From assembly GCF_964204645.1 (NCBI RefSeq), contig NC_134028.1, forward strand, positions 20,273,245 to 20,337,244: 64,000 nucleotides of DNA, in the 5' to 3' direction. A program made the position numbers and the translations under genes. Each line of letters begins with the position of its first letter. Position 1 is the first letter of the stretch. The notes below the pieces were generated by a model, which saw nothing but the letters and a program-made list of their open reading frames with translations, was not told the origin of the DNA and ran no database searches. Source of the DNA: Tubulanus polymorphus (taxonomy: Eukaryota > Animalia > Nemertea). Shown one piece after another: positions 37,401-50,666 of this stretch.

Positions 37401-40400
37401 TCGGAAATTGGTTTCAAATGCTCAACAAACTAACAATTTCAATATTCAACGCCCTCTGCTGACCATATACAAAAACCATGAAACTTGGCCTTGAAACCTA
37501 CCACAATCATAGGACATGTCAGAAGATGACATTTATGCGTGTGATGACATTTATGCCTCGGTACCACTATAATAACGATATACTAACAACGCCCCTTGGT
37601 GACCATATAGAATAACTAATGACCTTAAAACTCATCACAATCATAGACAATGTCATAAGCTACAACTTTGCAATTGATTATGGTGACAAAATATGCATAG
37701 GTACGGACATAATATCGAAATACAAAGTTATTGTATTATTCAACGCCCCTGGTGGCCAGACATAAAAACCATTGACCATAAAACTCACCACAACCATAGG
37801 AAATGATATCAGCTTCAACTTTCCAATCGATTGTGGTAACAAAATATGCTTGGGTATCAACTTGATGTGGTAAAACATTTTTCCACATACGAATGAGTAC
37901 TGATGACACCAATAATCGCGTGGTAATTGGCTGATCAAACATACCTGTCTCGGGTACTAAAGATCCCTTTCCATAGCCACCACAAATATAAATGAAAATG
38001 GCAAACCAGCAGGAAGCTACAGTACTGAGAATTTGGGCCAACATTGACATTTTTGGGCACAAAAAAGGTCACATCAGGACGGCCACCTTGAGTCCGATCG
38101 ACCAGATCTTTCTTATGCTGATGAACCCTTGGGGGATACATTTATATACGATAGATCAAGAAGATTGATCAAAGCGTCTTCCAAACGGCCCTCGAAAACT
38201 TCAAAAATGTGTAAAAAGTGCTTATTTTGGCGAACAACAATGGCTGCCAGCCGGCCATCTTGAATCTGACAGGGCCAGTTTTTGGGCTGTAGATACGTCT
38301 AGAGTAGATACATGTATAAACCAAATATAAAGACCTTACATTGAAGAGTCTTCAAAGCTTCCGAACACAATTGGATTCCGTCTACGGACGGTCGTACGGA
38401 CGAACGACGGACGAAAAGGGTACGCAATAGCCAGCTGGGACTAAAGTCCCAAGTGGGCTTAAAATCTGTAAACGTCCGATGGACAGCACCCTTTTTAACT
38501 GCCACAGCGAGGCAAGGTAAAATGCTATCAGGCTCGAATCCCTGCTGGGTGACGAATCAGCCCTGTAAACTGGCATTTAATAGTTGACTGTACTGAGATG
38601 GTACACTTTGATCAACTTACCGAATATAAGTGGTAATCATCATCCCCGTCTAACATCGCAGTAATGTACCCTAGGTTTTGCCCGTAAAATGTCCACGGGT
38701 AATATTCGTTGTCCTCTCCGATGTATTTCACCAGATCAAACGCCACAGATATTGATAGTTTATGAGCACGATTCAAGTTAAACGCATCGTCGATCAGTGA
38801 TCCTCTGTTGATCACGTGGATTACCTAAACAGTCAAAAATACATATTAGAGTCATCTTGGTTATTGAAGACCTCAATTCCTTCAACGATTCCAGGGGTGA
38901 ATCTGGGGGGGGGGGGGGTTGAATTTTTTTTTTTTACCTAGTTTCTTTGAATAATGAATGATAATATGCCTTCTCTACGTAGCTTGTCTCACAAGCTACG
39001 TAGAAGAGACTTAGTCCGGTCTCGACTAGTATATAGTATTTCCCTTAAACGCTGTAAAAAATCACGGGTCTGTTTATTCGAAAATTGTTTGCTTCATACA
39101 TAATTAATCTTGGGATAATCTTCATAATAAAGTCGTGTAAAGTTCATATCAAAATGTTTTATTATCAATCAGAATATATCTTTATCAGTTTGTAGCATTT
39201 GAATTAACATTCCTGTTCTAGATGCTGTTGATTGCGCCATTTTTTGCCCGATTTTCCAAAAAATTTCTATAGTCGAGGGGGAAACCTCGAGCTCCCCTGC
39301 TCGGAATTGCTGTTTGAGGTAGAAGTCACTATCACAGTCCCTTGATTCCTGTTCGGAGTCGCCTTCATTCAATCCTAGATCCGCCCCTGGATTCAGTATA
39401 TACATTGTATAATTGTTTTAGTTGAATGTCTAACGTCAGCGAATCAGTGAAATACAATTGGTGAACAAATTCTCGATGACTTCTAAGATTCGATGAAATT
39501 GTGTTGTATGTTTCGGCAACCGAAAGGCAACTAAAATTAGCCATTTCAGAATGAAATGTGTTAGGCCAATTCCGCAGCTTTGACTCAGCTCCAAATGGCT
39601 CAAATTTCTCGATCTGATTTCGATATAGATTTGTTTTGATGGGACCGACAGACAACAGATATTGAAATACCCGGTGATCCGATAATAACTGCGCCGATAA
39701 TAACTTCCAATTCTCTTGGTCATAATTAACTCTGATGTAAGCTATTTGTTTAACGTTTGCCACGACCCATTTACCATTAGGCGGGTAACTATTATTTTCG
39801 CGCAGAGTAACTGTAATGATAAAGCGAGATCATACGCGACGGAAGTTACTACCAAAAATACTTTTGACGATTAAGATTGATCAAAATATAAAGCAATATA
39901 TCGATAACAAATATCGGTTGATAAAATGTGTTTGATGTGTTAAAGTACGTACTGTCACTATCGACCCATATGACGTCATTATTGGTGACATCCCATTGAG
40001 GATTAACTTCAGATGTGAATGTTAAAGGTATATGCCAACTCAGACTAGAAAAAAATGTTATGTTCTACGACTATATTTCGTGACAATAATTAAAACTTTG
40101 GAACATTCAGACATTTCTTTAAGTAATTCAACGCGAATCAGGGACAACTGTTTATCTGATAAAAATCCACCATCTAATAAACAACGTAGGATTTTTCAAC
40201 GGTTACAATTTGACGGGTTGCAGTATTCTTTAACTTTTACTCCAAGGCTTTTAAGTTTGGCTCATCAGTGCCAAGTTCACCGTGTAAGAAGATACAGAAT
40301 CGGTATTTCTCAATTTACACTGATAGAACAGTCGACAGTCTTTAAGTAAGTATTTAACTACAAAATGTCAGGGCCAGACATACAGCAGTATATCGAAGTT

Positions 40401-43400
40401 TTTTTTAGATATTCTTTCAAACTTGCCTTATCCCTTTTGAGAATCACTTGAATGCATTTGTCAAGTCCACATAACATGCATTGAAAGTATATCAATTAAC
40501 TTACTCGGACTCGTTAGATTCATCTCCAGACTGGATGAGAAAGTGTTCCTGAGTGACTCGAGCCGTAGTTGTTGAATTTCGAATGATGTTCACTATAGGG
40601 TACCCCTTTTGTTTTATCCAGGCCTCGAACTTTTCGCCAACATTCAATCCATTGGCTTCCTTGAAATGAGTACCAAATACATTTCATCAACAGTCAGCCA
40701 CGGGCAATGACATAGATTATAATGCAGCATTTTCAAATCAATCCACATTCGTTAAATCCTAATGCAGAGACGGGATCAATTTTTATCCCGATTGAATGAA
40801 TAGTTATTTCAAAAACAACTGGCTAACCTTTGACGTGCTACTTACTTGGCTTAAGCGTCTGAATAGATCTTGATGTGTGGCTGCGCGGTAAGAGTAAGCA
40901 TTTAGGTAATTCTAAAAATCAAATAAAAAAAGAAAATACGCCAATGAAATACAGGGCCCACGATTGCTGCTCCTCCAAGATCCCCTAAACATCAAGGTCG
41001 AACCAGAATTCTTGGTAAAATCAGGGAAGTGTGATGTCTCATCACACTTCCCTGGTAAAATCTACCGTCACCTTATATTCCATCCATTGTCGAATTGCCT
41101 TTTGTGTTATGCATATATGTAAATTTGGCGCTAATCCAGTAAACGGCATTAGAGTGCGTGTGTAGAGTTACACTGCATTATTGGGTCAGTGTTCATAGCA
41201 GTTGACCATTGACAGTTGACACAATAATACTTTTAGCATAGTTTTAAATGATTACAAGGAGGCGTCTATTTAATTAAAGAACGTCAAAACAAAATGAAAT
41301 AAAAACACCATCGTCCATGTTGCTACCATTTTGAAGAGGAATCCACCCATTTAGTCTTCTGACATTTAGTCTCCAGGACATTTAGTCTTTTCCACTTGGT
41401 CTTCTGACAATTAGTCCTCTTTGATATCACCAACCCAAGACAATTAGTCTTCCTGATATAACTAATTACCTGCTCATAGGACTCAGTCTATGGGTTAAGA
41501 ATGTTTAATGTATGGTATTGTACTAAGTGTTGATATGGTTGTATGGTATAGTACTAACTTTGATTGAAAAGCAATAAATTAAATTCACTTCACTTTTAAA
41601 TGTTTTTATTTAGTTGCATATCTACAAGAACCAATATTTACAAGATATTTACAATATTGCAGCAACATATTCACAATAATACAAGAAAGCACAATCTTCA
41701 GCACAGTTATCATTATTCATTTGTCCATTAATTTCGCAGGTAGCGTCCAACACGACGCAAAAAGTCAACTATACTTCATTTACCATCGCGATGTTGCTCA
41801 CAGAGGTTTTTCAGCCGATTTTGTAGCTGAACGTAATTTCGTTTGACACGTTTTTTCGGTGGATTCCCAGCTTCCATTTGTGCCAGAACAGTTTCAACAA
41901 CGCAATTTTCCTGTTGCAAGCATTCGATAGCACGCCAGATAGATGGATGTTTTGTTCCGACCAATATACGGAGTTTATTGTTCCAAGCCTCTGACAAATT
42001 GTTTGTTCTGTCCTCAGAATTTATGGTAACAGTATGCATGTTCCAGGTCTTTGGAGGATACTGTGGGGGAACACGCTTTAAACGGAACAGTCCACCTGGA
42101 GCACGGATTTTACGGTACGTTGACACAAAGTTACTGCCTCTTCTGGAGCAGTCTCGCGTATATGATTGTATCCGGATTCAACATCATCCACAGGCAAGAA
42201 GGCCAGTCCATTTAACTTTCCACAGAATAACTGAAAGTCGTTATCGTCCCTGTACATAGTAGCAAGTCCAAGGTTTTGAATCTTACGATATATACACTGG
42301 GATAAATGATAGAAGCATCCTCTTATTTCAATATCACCAAACACAGATTTTGTTGCATTGAGAACTGCCAACTCAAAATCTATCACAACAGTCGGCGAGA
42401 GAAATAGTCCCTTCTCGTCGCACTTTTCACATGATACGGTGAGAAATTCTTCATAAGTTTCCTGAGTTTTCCTTTGAAGGAATGCATAAACGGTTGAAAT
42501 AGCAGAATCAGCCAGAGGGACATGGATTACATACAACTGTTCGAACAAAGTTGGTGCCATCTGGAAATTTCCGTCCATGAACCACGTATCAGGTTCACAG
42601 AGTTTTTTCATATACATATATTCATTTACATATGTCTGTTGCAAAAATCATGATTCTTGATGTTGTGCTCGCGTTATCGTACATCAGGAACTCTTCTCCA
42701 TCCTCTCGGGTTAGAAACCATGTATCTGTAATGAACAGCTCATCATGGGTTGCAGGATCTTTTTGATATTATTTCTTGCGTCGAACTCTTTGCATTACTT
42801 TCTTTCATGTATCAGCGTGAGGTAATCGGCTTTGTACATCTAGGTTGTTAAATCTTGAAATTATTTCTGAATGTATTTGAATTGGAATTTCTCTCGTATT
42901 TTCAGCTCGTTTCTTCATTTAAAATCGTGCTTTAGTTACTTCAATTTCTGTCATATCTCTACAATGACTATGTTCTGCGGTTTCTCTAGGTCCAGTTATT
43001 TCTTTACTCGTCATTAAGCTTCCTTTACAGCCATCATTTCTTTTTACACACACCCAGCGAATACTTTCTTTTTTGGTGTATTGCTTTGTATACATGTAAC
43101 CACTGTAACACAACTTCTGGCCACCTCGGGTACTTTCAATTATTTCCATCTTCTGAGAGCTGTCCTTTAAGCATGGGGTTTAATATTGGACTAAATGAAA
43201 TTTGAAAATAGCCCCTTATATATGATTCAGTAGGGCCTAATTGCTGATAAATTACTGATTGAATGATGATCAAAAGCAAGAAAATTGTCTGAGTTATGAC
43301 TATATCGTCACTTCATTAGTTATCAATAGTTACGTGAACATCTTATCACATTAATTGATTTAAGCCTATCCAATAGTTAATTAATCGATCAATTGATTAT

Positions 43401-46400
43401 AATGCATGAACAGTCTTTGCGCTTGCATATTGGGCTATTATCCGCGAAGCAATAACATGTAAAGTAAATTTTTAAAGAGCAAAAGGGAAAACATAAGAAA
43501 TTTAATTGAGTTTTCCTAAGTTTATTTTTTGGGGGTTCCAGAATTAAAATCTTATTTGTAAATCCTTGCTGTAGTTCCTCCACGTACGTATCATCCCAAA
43601 GTCTTCAAAATAGAGTTTTAAGACAAGCTTTTGTTATTTTGGATATGGATATTCTAAAGGGGATGTTTACTAAACATGATTTCCATTTGCTAGCTATTTA
43701 ACTTTTCCTTTAGATTAAAGATCTATTTATCAATAAATTTATTAATGTTTCCTTAAGATTAAATCATCATCATCATCACCATCAATATCACGGACGAATG
43801 GAGGCCTGTTGAGGCCTATTGGTGTCTGGCTCGTTTGGTGATTAATATTAGTTTAGGTGACAGGGTTAAAAATGTTTCTCATGTAGCCATAGTTTGATTT
43901 GTACCTACCCATCATAAAGATGGGCGTTAAATGTTCTTAAGAATGGTTAGAATGGTTGCCAAGTAAACATATTACATTACATGACTAGTTTGAAATATTG
44001 ATATCAATAATCTATCATTTCAGGTTTAGATTTTAGTTAAAATAATAAAGTTATCTATATATGGTAAGTTCTAATAGTTTTCTAGAGAAAGACTTTTGAG
44101 ATTAGTTATCCATACTCGAGTTATCTAAATAAGTTTTTCTCAGTAATTTCCACATTGATAAAAATGTGATATTCATATGTATTGTTTCATTAGATTAAAG
44201 AATAACTAATCAATTAATTAATTAGTTCCCTTTAATCTAGCCTCTTTTAACAATAACCCTACATGTGAACTGAAATCATTAGTACTCATTGGCCTGTTTA
44301 GGCTATATGTATTGTTTCCTTAGATTAAAGAATAACTAATTAATTAATTAATTAATTAGTTCCCTTTAATCTAGCCTCTTTTAACAATAACCCTACACGT
44401 GAACTGAAATCATTAGTACTCATTGGCCTGCTTAGGCTATATGTATTGTTTCATTAGATTAAAGAACAACTAATTAATTAATTAATTAGTTCCCTTCAAT
44501 CTAGCCTCTTTTAACAATAACCCTACATGTGAACTGAAATCATTAGTACTCATTGGCCTGTTTAGGCTATATGTATTGTTTCCTTAGATTAAAGAATAAC
44601 TAATCAATTGATTAAACAGTTCCCTTTAATCTAGCATCATTTAACAATAACCCTACATGATTGTGAACTTAAATCATTAGTTCCCGCTAGCTTATCAAAT
44701 TATGCAGTTCCTAAAGAGCAACTAATCTATTGTTGTCCTCAGATATATTTTTGGTAACAAGAAAATTTTGAAGGGAATTCAGCCATATTATCAGTATTTT
44801 AAGGTAATAAACCCCAGGTTCCAGGCTTCCACTAACTGTACCTCCCTAGAAGGAAGACTAAATGTCCCAATTTGGAAGACTAATTGTCAGAAGACTAATT
44901 GGATGGAAACTAAATGTACAAAGACTAAATGTCGGAAGACTAAATGTACCAAATTCTTTTGAAGATGGATGTATGTGGGAATAAGTGGACTATGGCCATT
45001 GGTAGTTGGGAGATTGTCTCTCTGAACTATCATTAGTATTATAGACATTTGACGCTGATGTGTTTATGTCTCCACATCAACCAACATGTCGAAGACGAGT
45101 TTCCTGCTAGTACATGTATATATTTAATAATATGATGGTTATAAGATATTAGTATCAATGGATTGTTGGAAATAATTGATTAGGTAGGAGATGTCATCGA
45201 AACAGAAGACAAGAATCCCGTGGAGTCATCCCTAACTGGTGTTTAGGCTGTCATCTGTCAACCGACCTGTAGAGATCATCCTAATATGTAAAGATGTCGC
45301 GTGTCATCCGCTGTGTATATGGATCCCCAATTGAGGATCTATTTTCGTGGAACTTCTTTTAGTTCCACATTACTACGCTTTTATATATCAGCTTGCGCAT
45401 TTATTCCCCGATTTACTCCAAAAGTAACTCTACATGTTGCACTTTAATGTCGTATATCGGACTTGGGCGGTCATAGGGCGGTGGCTGATTCGGGACATGT
45501 CATTTCTGCACGAGGTTGTAATCTAATAGCGATTCGGAAATACTGTAAACTTACATTTACTCCTTTCTTGAAGTTTTCACCTCCGACGAAGAAATGTAAC
45601 ATTCTTAACAGAAGTATCGACTGAAAAGAAAGAAAAAAATTGGTTATTCCTTTTAGATCGACTGAATATATTGTTTCTTTCTATCGGTTTTCCTGTAACT
45701 TTGGCCTGAACTCACAAATGTTTGACCAGTCACTGACCTTGTAATAGGGAATTTGGCCGAAGAGTTCAGTTAAATCGCTAGGGTTAATATCAGCGTTATA
45801 GACAGGTTTAGACGATGTGTAACTGTCCTGTTTCATGATATGTAGAGTTGATATTAAGATGATTCGCTCACGCTAAGAATTGATAAATAAAAGAAGACGC
45901 ATGGACGCATCAGATTTAGATGACAACTTCAATCGACGAGATAAGAAGAATAATTTCAAAATCTTTTACCTCTGCATACAATTCCGGTGCGGCGTAACTT
46001 GCACCGAGATAAGCCACGAAACAAGCGAAACCGTCGTTCAGCCATAAATCATCCCACCAGGCCATAGTCACTAGATTACCAAACCACTTTTAATATAAAC
46101 CAACGAAAATATTTATTAGTAAAGGGGCTGCCATCATAATTTACGGTTGTTGGACTTTTATTACCTGGCGGGCGATAACACAAGCGATGCTGTGTGCAAC
46201 CCATGTTTTCTGATAGGTTGTGGAATCAGGAGCGTGTAGCAGCCATGTTTCATCGTATAGATTCAAACCCCAGTTTTCCATAGCTCCCGTATCTGAATTA
46301 GGCACTGCCACTAAATCTAAAAGATATCGTCGCATATTGAAATTGAGCGAGCTGTGTGGGCGCGTGGTTAGAGCGTTCGGCTCTGGTCGTCGGTCCTAAC

Positions 46401-49400
46401 CCCGTACATTAGCGTAGTGTCCCCGCAAGTCACGCATCCTCATTGCCTCTCTCCACCCAGGAGTTAATCGGTACCGGGCCTGATAGATGATTCCTGAGCG
46501 CTTTTAGCTGCTCGGATGTTACTTCTCCCCGGGGAGAGATGACCGATACATGCTAGAGTATAAATGGCTGGAGTAAATGATACCAAAAATGTAAAGCGCG
46601 GTTTCGTTGGATGAAGCGACACTTATCATTATAATCAATTATCATTATTAAGCATTATCATTATCAAGCGTTAACAATCGTTATCATAATTGATTAGTTA
46701 TTGATTCATTATTGTTGCTATTGCTATCGCTAATGCTATCAAAGAATCAAGGTTTAAAGATACAAGACACAGTTTTACCCAATTTAGACATATCGCATGG
46801 AATATTGAAGTAGTCTCCAAAATACTGAAAAGCACTATTTGCGATCTTCTGTGCATATTCTCCTTGTAATTGAATCTTACGCTGCGGTCCCCAGATTGAC
46901 ACCTGCAAAGCGCAAACAAGAGCTATCGAGAATAAAAGGGCGGGTCATCATTATTCAACTTTTGTTAATTATGAGGAAGAATCAAAGAATTCTACTGAAT
47001 CGATGAAGTCATCGAGAATCGAAATTATCATTCGTGTATATAACCAGGGAAGTGTGATGAGATGGAATACGGACAATATTGTGCAGCTCTTGTCGAATGT
47101 GCGTTGTAATTGCCCTAAAGCCGATAACGGTTCGTCGCCGAGCGCTTTGTTACGTAACGCACCGATAAGCGATAACCAGCGAGATCGGGAATCTCCGTAA
47201 TAATTCAGTTGTTTCCGAATATCGGTTTTTCATCCCATAATAAACTTATATAAAAATTCCTCTGTAAACTGGTTAAACTCAACACCTGATTTCCCCTCAT
47301 CAATTTTAGTCGATCAACTTGTATTCACAATTGTCTTAAATTTAAGTATGCCCCCTAGTTTGTCTCTTAACTGCTTCTCTTTAATCTGTTTTAGCGTGTA
47401 ACTGTTTCTACGTTAATTTTCCTTTCGTTAGTATCATCTCTGATTACTTGAATTAGTCTCTTTGTCTCTGGATTGTATATCTCTCATAATTTCTGTTGTA
47501 TTCATTATTTCTGAAGATGACTATTAGGACATAGACGAAACGTTGAATAAACTACTGACATTTTTGGACTTTTTCGTTATCATTGTGGGATTCTCTCTAC
47601 ATCGCTTCAGACGGATATAGTGTTTTATCAATCGTGATATCCGCTGTATTAAAATGGCAACGGTTGTCATCACACTTCCCTGATATAACCAATCGTAGCT
47701 TACTGGTACGGGTTGATTCTCAGCTGATTTGTGTTTCGCGTAATCTTTAAAAACCACGAAAGCCACGAGATATGACGACATGACTGGCGTAGTTTCGAAG
47801 ACATCATCAACCCAACCATCACCATACCTGTATACGTATATGTCAAAATTACAACTCAGATGGACAGAAAACAGCTCACAATGGAATACATTCTGAATTG
47901 ATACCAGTGTAAACTCTATTCTTAATGGTGAGATTCTACCCCGAGTTGGTGTCAAATACTGAGTAAGAGTCTGTACAATACAGAAGACTCAGGGCCCGGT
48001 TGCACAGTCGTGACTTAAAGTTAAAACCAACTTAAATCAATAGTTGGTCTTAGCCATTTATTTTTGGTCTTAACTATAAGTTGGTCTATTCAGCCTGTTG
48101 GAGAGACAGGTCTTTGCACTAGTCTCAGTTAAGGCCAATCGTTTGTAAAAAGCTCCAGTCGCGCAAAAACTCAATGCAATTAAAACCTGCCAAACTGGTG
48201 TAATTGGTAAACCTCTCTGGTTTTCGACATCATTCCTCAAACGATCTCCCAAATGCTCGACGATGATCGAATTGGATTCCTTGTGATTCAAATCTGAATC
48301 ATTCTCGTAGCTCCTCATCCGTAAAAATTAGCTTTGGGTGACCCATTGTTTTGGAGCCGGTAAATAGATTCCAAGAAATAATTCAGCCATTTGTTATTTT
48401 GCGTGGTAACTAAGTTGGTCCTAGACCAGTCTTAACGAATTTAAGCCATATAGATAGTTGTCTTGAATTTTAAAACTAAGTCTTAAAATTTAAGACTAAT
48501 TTCCTAAATAAGACATGACTATGACATAAGTCACGACTGTGCAACCGGGCCCTTGTGTCTTACTGAGGGAAAGTTGAGACCGGTAAAATACTACCCCGAA
48601 TTGGTGTCAGATACTGAGTAAGAGTGAAACGAATATCAAATTGATACCAATTCTACGGATGCTATTTAAGGAAAAGTATGTCAAATTGGGACTAGTTAGG
48701 AATAGTTTTGGTTCGCGTTTTTTAATCACCCAAAATGTTCTCTTCATCTCAGTTATCTACTTACTTGATGCTAGTTGCCCTGGTGGTTTTTAAACCTCCA
48801 TTACTCAGACTCATCATTTGGGGTCTGCGAACAACAGTAATAGCAAATTCAGCCTTTAATGCTGGTTCGTCAAAACACGGAAATACTTTCCTGGCGTAAA
48901 GCGGCTGCATTTGAGTCGACACGACGACACTGAAGAAATTGAAGAATGAAATCATAAATTTCAACCGGATTCACTGTTGAATTACACGGGAGTTAAATTA
49001 CACCCACAACTACTATAGAACTGATCATGAGTCTTCAAGTATTTAAGTATATACCGAGTTTAAAAGTACCCCCATGGGAGTGGCCCAAAGTTCAATCAAA
49101 CACTGAAATGAGGAACTGGGTCCAAAGTTAATTAAATTCATGACTTGAAACTGGGCCCAGAGTCAGATTGAAATCAACAGTGGCCTATAACGAATCTAAT
49201 CGAACGGAAGCGTCCTGGGGACATATCTATTAAAAATAATTTTTCGAGGTTAATTCCTGAAAAAACTAGTTTATTCCGAGTTACAAACTCGGAATTAACC
49301 TCAAAAATCATATTTAACTGAAAAAAACTATTTATTCCGAGTTACAAACTCGGAATTAACCTCAAAAATCATATTTAACTGAAAAAAAACTATTTATTCC

Positions 49401-50015
49401 GAGTTACAAACTCGGAATTAACCTCAAAAGTCGCTAGTTTATTCCGAGTTACAAACTTGGAATTAACCTCGAAAAATGTTTTTAATCGATATGTCCCCCG
49501 GACGCTTCCGTCGATTTTACTCACTTGGAAATATCGTCATGTTTATCGACCGAATAGTAAACCCCGTTGCTCTTGTTTAGCATTCGACTAGTGAAGTTCA
49601 TATCCAACACATATCTATGATTTTGTGTCAAGCTGCGGTTTAATTGGGCCGTATAGAATTCCGATTCAGGATCGAATGACCAACCAGTAATCTTCAGAAC
49701 TGAATCTCCAGTTTCGGTTGTGATTAGAGCGCTGTTCTCGTCCATGGTCAGATTGGCGTGTTTGTGCAATGTGATGCGGTCAGTAGCCGTATTACATTCG
49801 ATGGTAATTCTAACTGCGCCGCTGAAACTGTACGAAGACTCCGGCATGCCATCGTCAAATATCGGTCGTATCGTCAACTCATACATACGCGGTGTCACGT
49901 GACTAGGCAGACGCGGTACAGCACCTGAAATTGCAAAACTTCCATTACCAGTCGATGCCGGATTAAATTGGTTGGAAGACGGTTTACATGAACCGAAACC
50001 CAAATTTCCAATCAT
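34487..50015 (-). CDS. M1-family aminopeptidase N-like protein lacking the zinc ligands; 19 exons: 50015-49525, 48929-48765, 47827-47704, 46902-46779, 46316-46165, 46086-45970, 45872-45738, 45620-45555, 40911-40846, 40659-40505, 40044-39953, 39810-39671, 38824-38621, 36627-36548, 36172-36062, 35964-35797, 35279-35136, 34951-34873, 34639-34487 (2766 nt, ~921 aa)
   Basis: M1 motifs [97 protein letters not shown] and YCNAI..G...W. Junctions are GT-AG, in phase and stop-free. The true 5' end is uncertain (possible acceptor at ~50040). Confidence 0.88.
37380..38465 (-). mobile_element. Helitron/Helentron-like non-autonomous element; a related 5' part lies at 55425-55715 (+)
   Basis: Minus strand begins TTTTAAGCCCACTTGGGACTTTAGTCCC, followed by a CGTC/GTCC microsatellite and internal tandem ~130-150-bp CAACGCCCCT..GACCATA units. 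Family assignment is from architecture only. Confidence 0.5.
41338..44956 (-). mobile_element. Mutator-like (MULE) DNA transposon with a decayed FLYWCH + MULE transposase, in aminopeptidase intron 8
   Basis: Exact 9-bp TSD TTTTGAAGA at 41329-41337 and 44957-44965. TIRs are built of CATTTAGTCTTC / GAAGACTAAATG repeats. ORF pieces: 43149-42919 (FLYWCH-like, RWVC...C...H.H), 42644-42078 (WFMDGNF, IDFE, GCFYH) and 42126-41776 ([10 protein letters not shown]), broken by stops and frameshifts. Confidence 0.92.
44175..44680. repeat. ~130-bp AT-rich tandem repeat (about 4 copies) inside the MULE
   Basis: ATATGTATTGTTTC.TTAGATTAAAGAATAACTAAT...GAACTGAAATCATTAGTACTCATTGGCCTG repeated. Confidence 0.9.
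46345..46700 (+). mobile_element. tRNA-derived SINE
   Basis: A-box-like GGCGCGTGGTTAGAGCG head, central CATTGCCTCTCTCCACCCAGGAG..GGTACC block, GTAAAGCGC 3' motif and a degenerate (TTA/TCA)n tail. Confidence 0.6.
47224..47638 (+). mobile_element. Solo Penelope 3' fragment (pseudo-LTR) with a hammerhead motif at 47504-47550
   Basis: Highly similar to 52463-52980; contains TTATTT-CTGAAGA-T-GACTAT-TAGGAC-ATAGAC-GAAA-CGTT-GAATAA. Confidence 0.8.
47992..48552 (-). mobile_element. PIF/Harbinger internal-deletion derivative
   Basis: Perfect 26-bp TIR GGGCCCGGTTGCACAGTCGTGACTTA / TAAGTCACGACTGTGCAACCGGGCCC. Internal peptide [23 protein letters not shown] resembles the N-terminal region of HARBI1-type transposases. 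Confidence 0.8.
49205..49510. mobile_element. MITE with an internal ~62-bp tandem repeat
   Basis: TIR CGGAAGCGTCCTGGGGACATATC / GATATGTCCCCCGGACGCTTCCG; four internal TTTATTCCGAGTTACAAACTCGGAATTAACCTC hairpin-containing units. Confidence 0.8.
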
Positions 50016-50666
50016 GTTGTTGGTTTGAAAAAACGAAATCTAAGTTTTCCCGATCACACAACTACATCAGATGTAGTTGTGTGTTGTACAGTTTCTGTTC
50101 TTCGATTTTTGATTTCAAAATCAAACCCCCAGTTTCATTCGCAGCTGGATTCGTGGGTTTGTAAGGGACATCAAATTCAAATCGAATCAAATCTAATCAT
50201 TCTAATAAATAATAGGGATATTCCAAGATGAAATAGATTTGGTCCTTGGTCCTAAAAATGATGATAATAATAATTTAGTGTTAAAAGGGATTGAATATAC
50301 ATTGAAGCTCAACGCCGATCAACCAGTAGATCATTCAATATTAATTCGTTCTAGTATAAAATCTGCAAACAGATTTAGTCAGAACTCTCATCACCAGTTG
50401 CTGGTTGTATAAATTGGTATCACCTGAAGTTATCTCAATTGATTTCTAATTGCGTTCGTCCCAGGTTAAAAGATAGCACCAGTCTATTAAACCGGGCCCT
50501 GGAGGATAAAATCTCGAAGCAGATGTCGCTTTTTTTTAAATCGTCAAACGCGAGTTGATACTGAAACACCTGTCGGCATGCAGCACCACCAGCGCGTTCT
50601 CAACCTAATGTTTTACATGAGAGAAACTTATATTTTACAGTGAGCCCCTAAAACACAGTTATTATG

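Noticed and set aside
34487-50015. Calling the main aminopeptidase gene a pseudogene, or assigning the symbol ANPEP
   Set aside because: No stops or frameshifts in 19 phase-consistent exons, so it is not a pseudogene on sequence evidence; orthology within the expanded M1 family cannot be set without a phylogeny.
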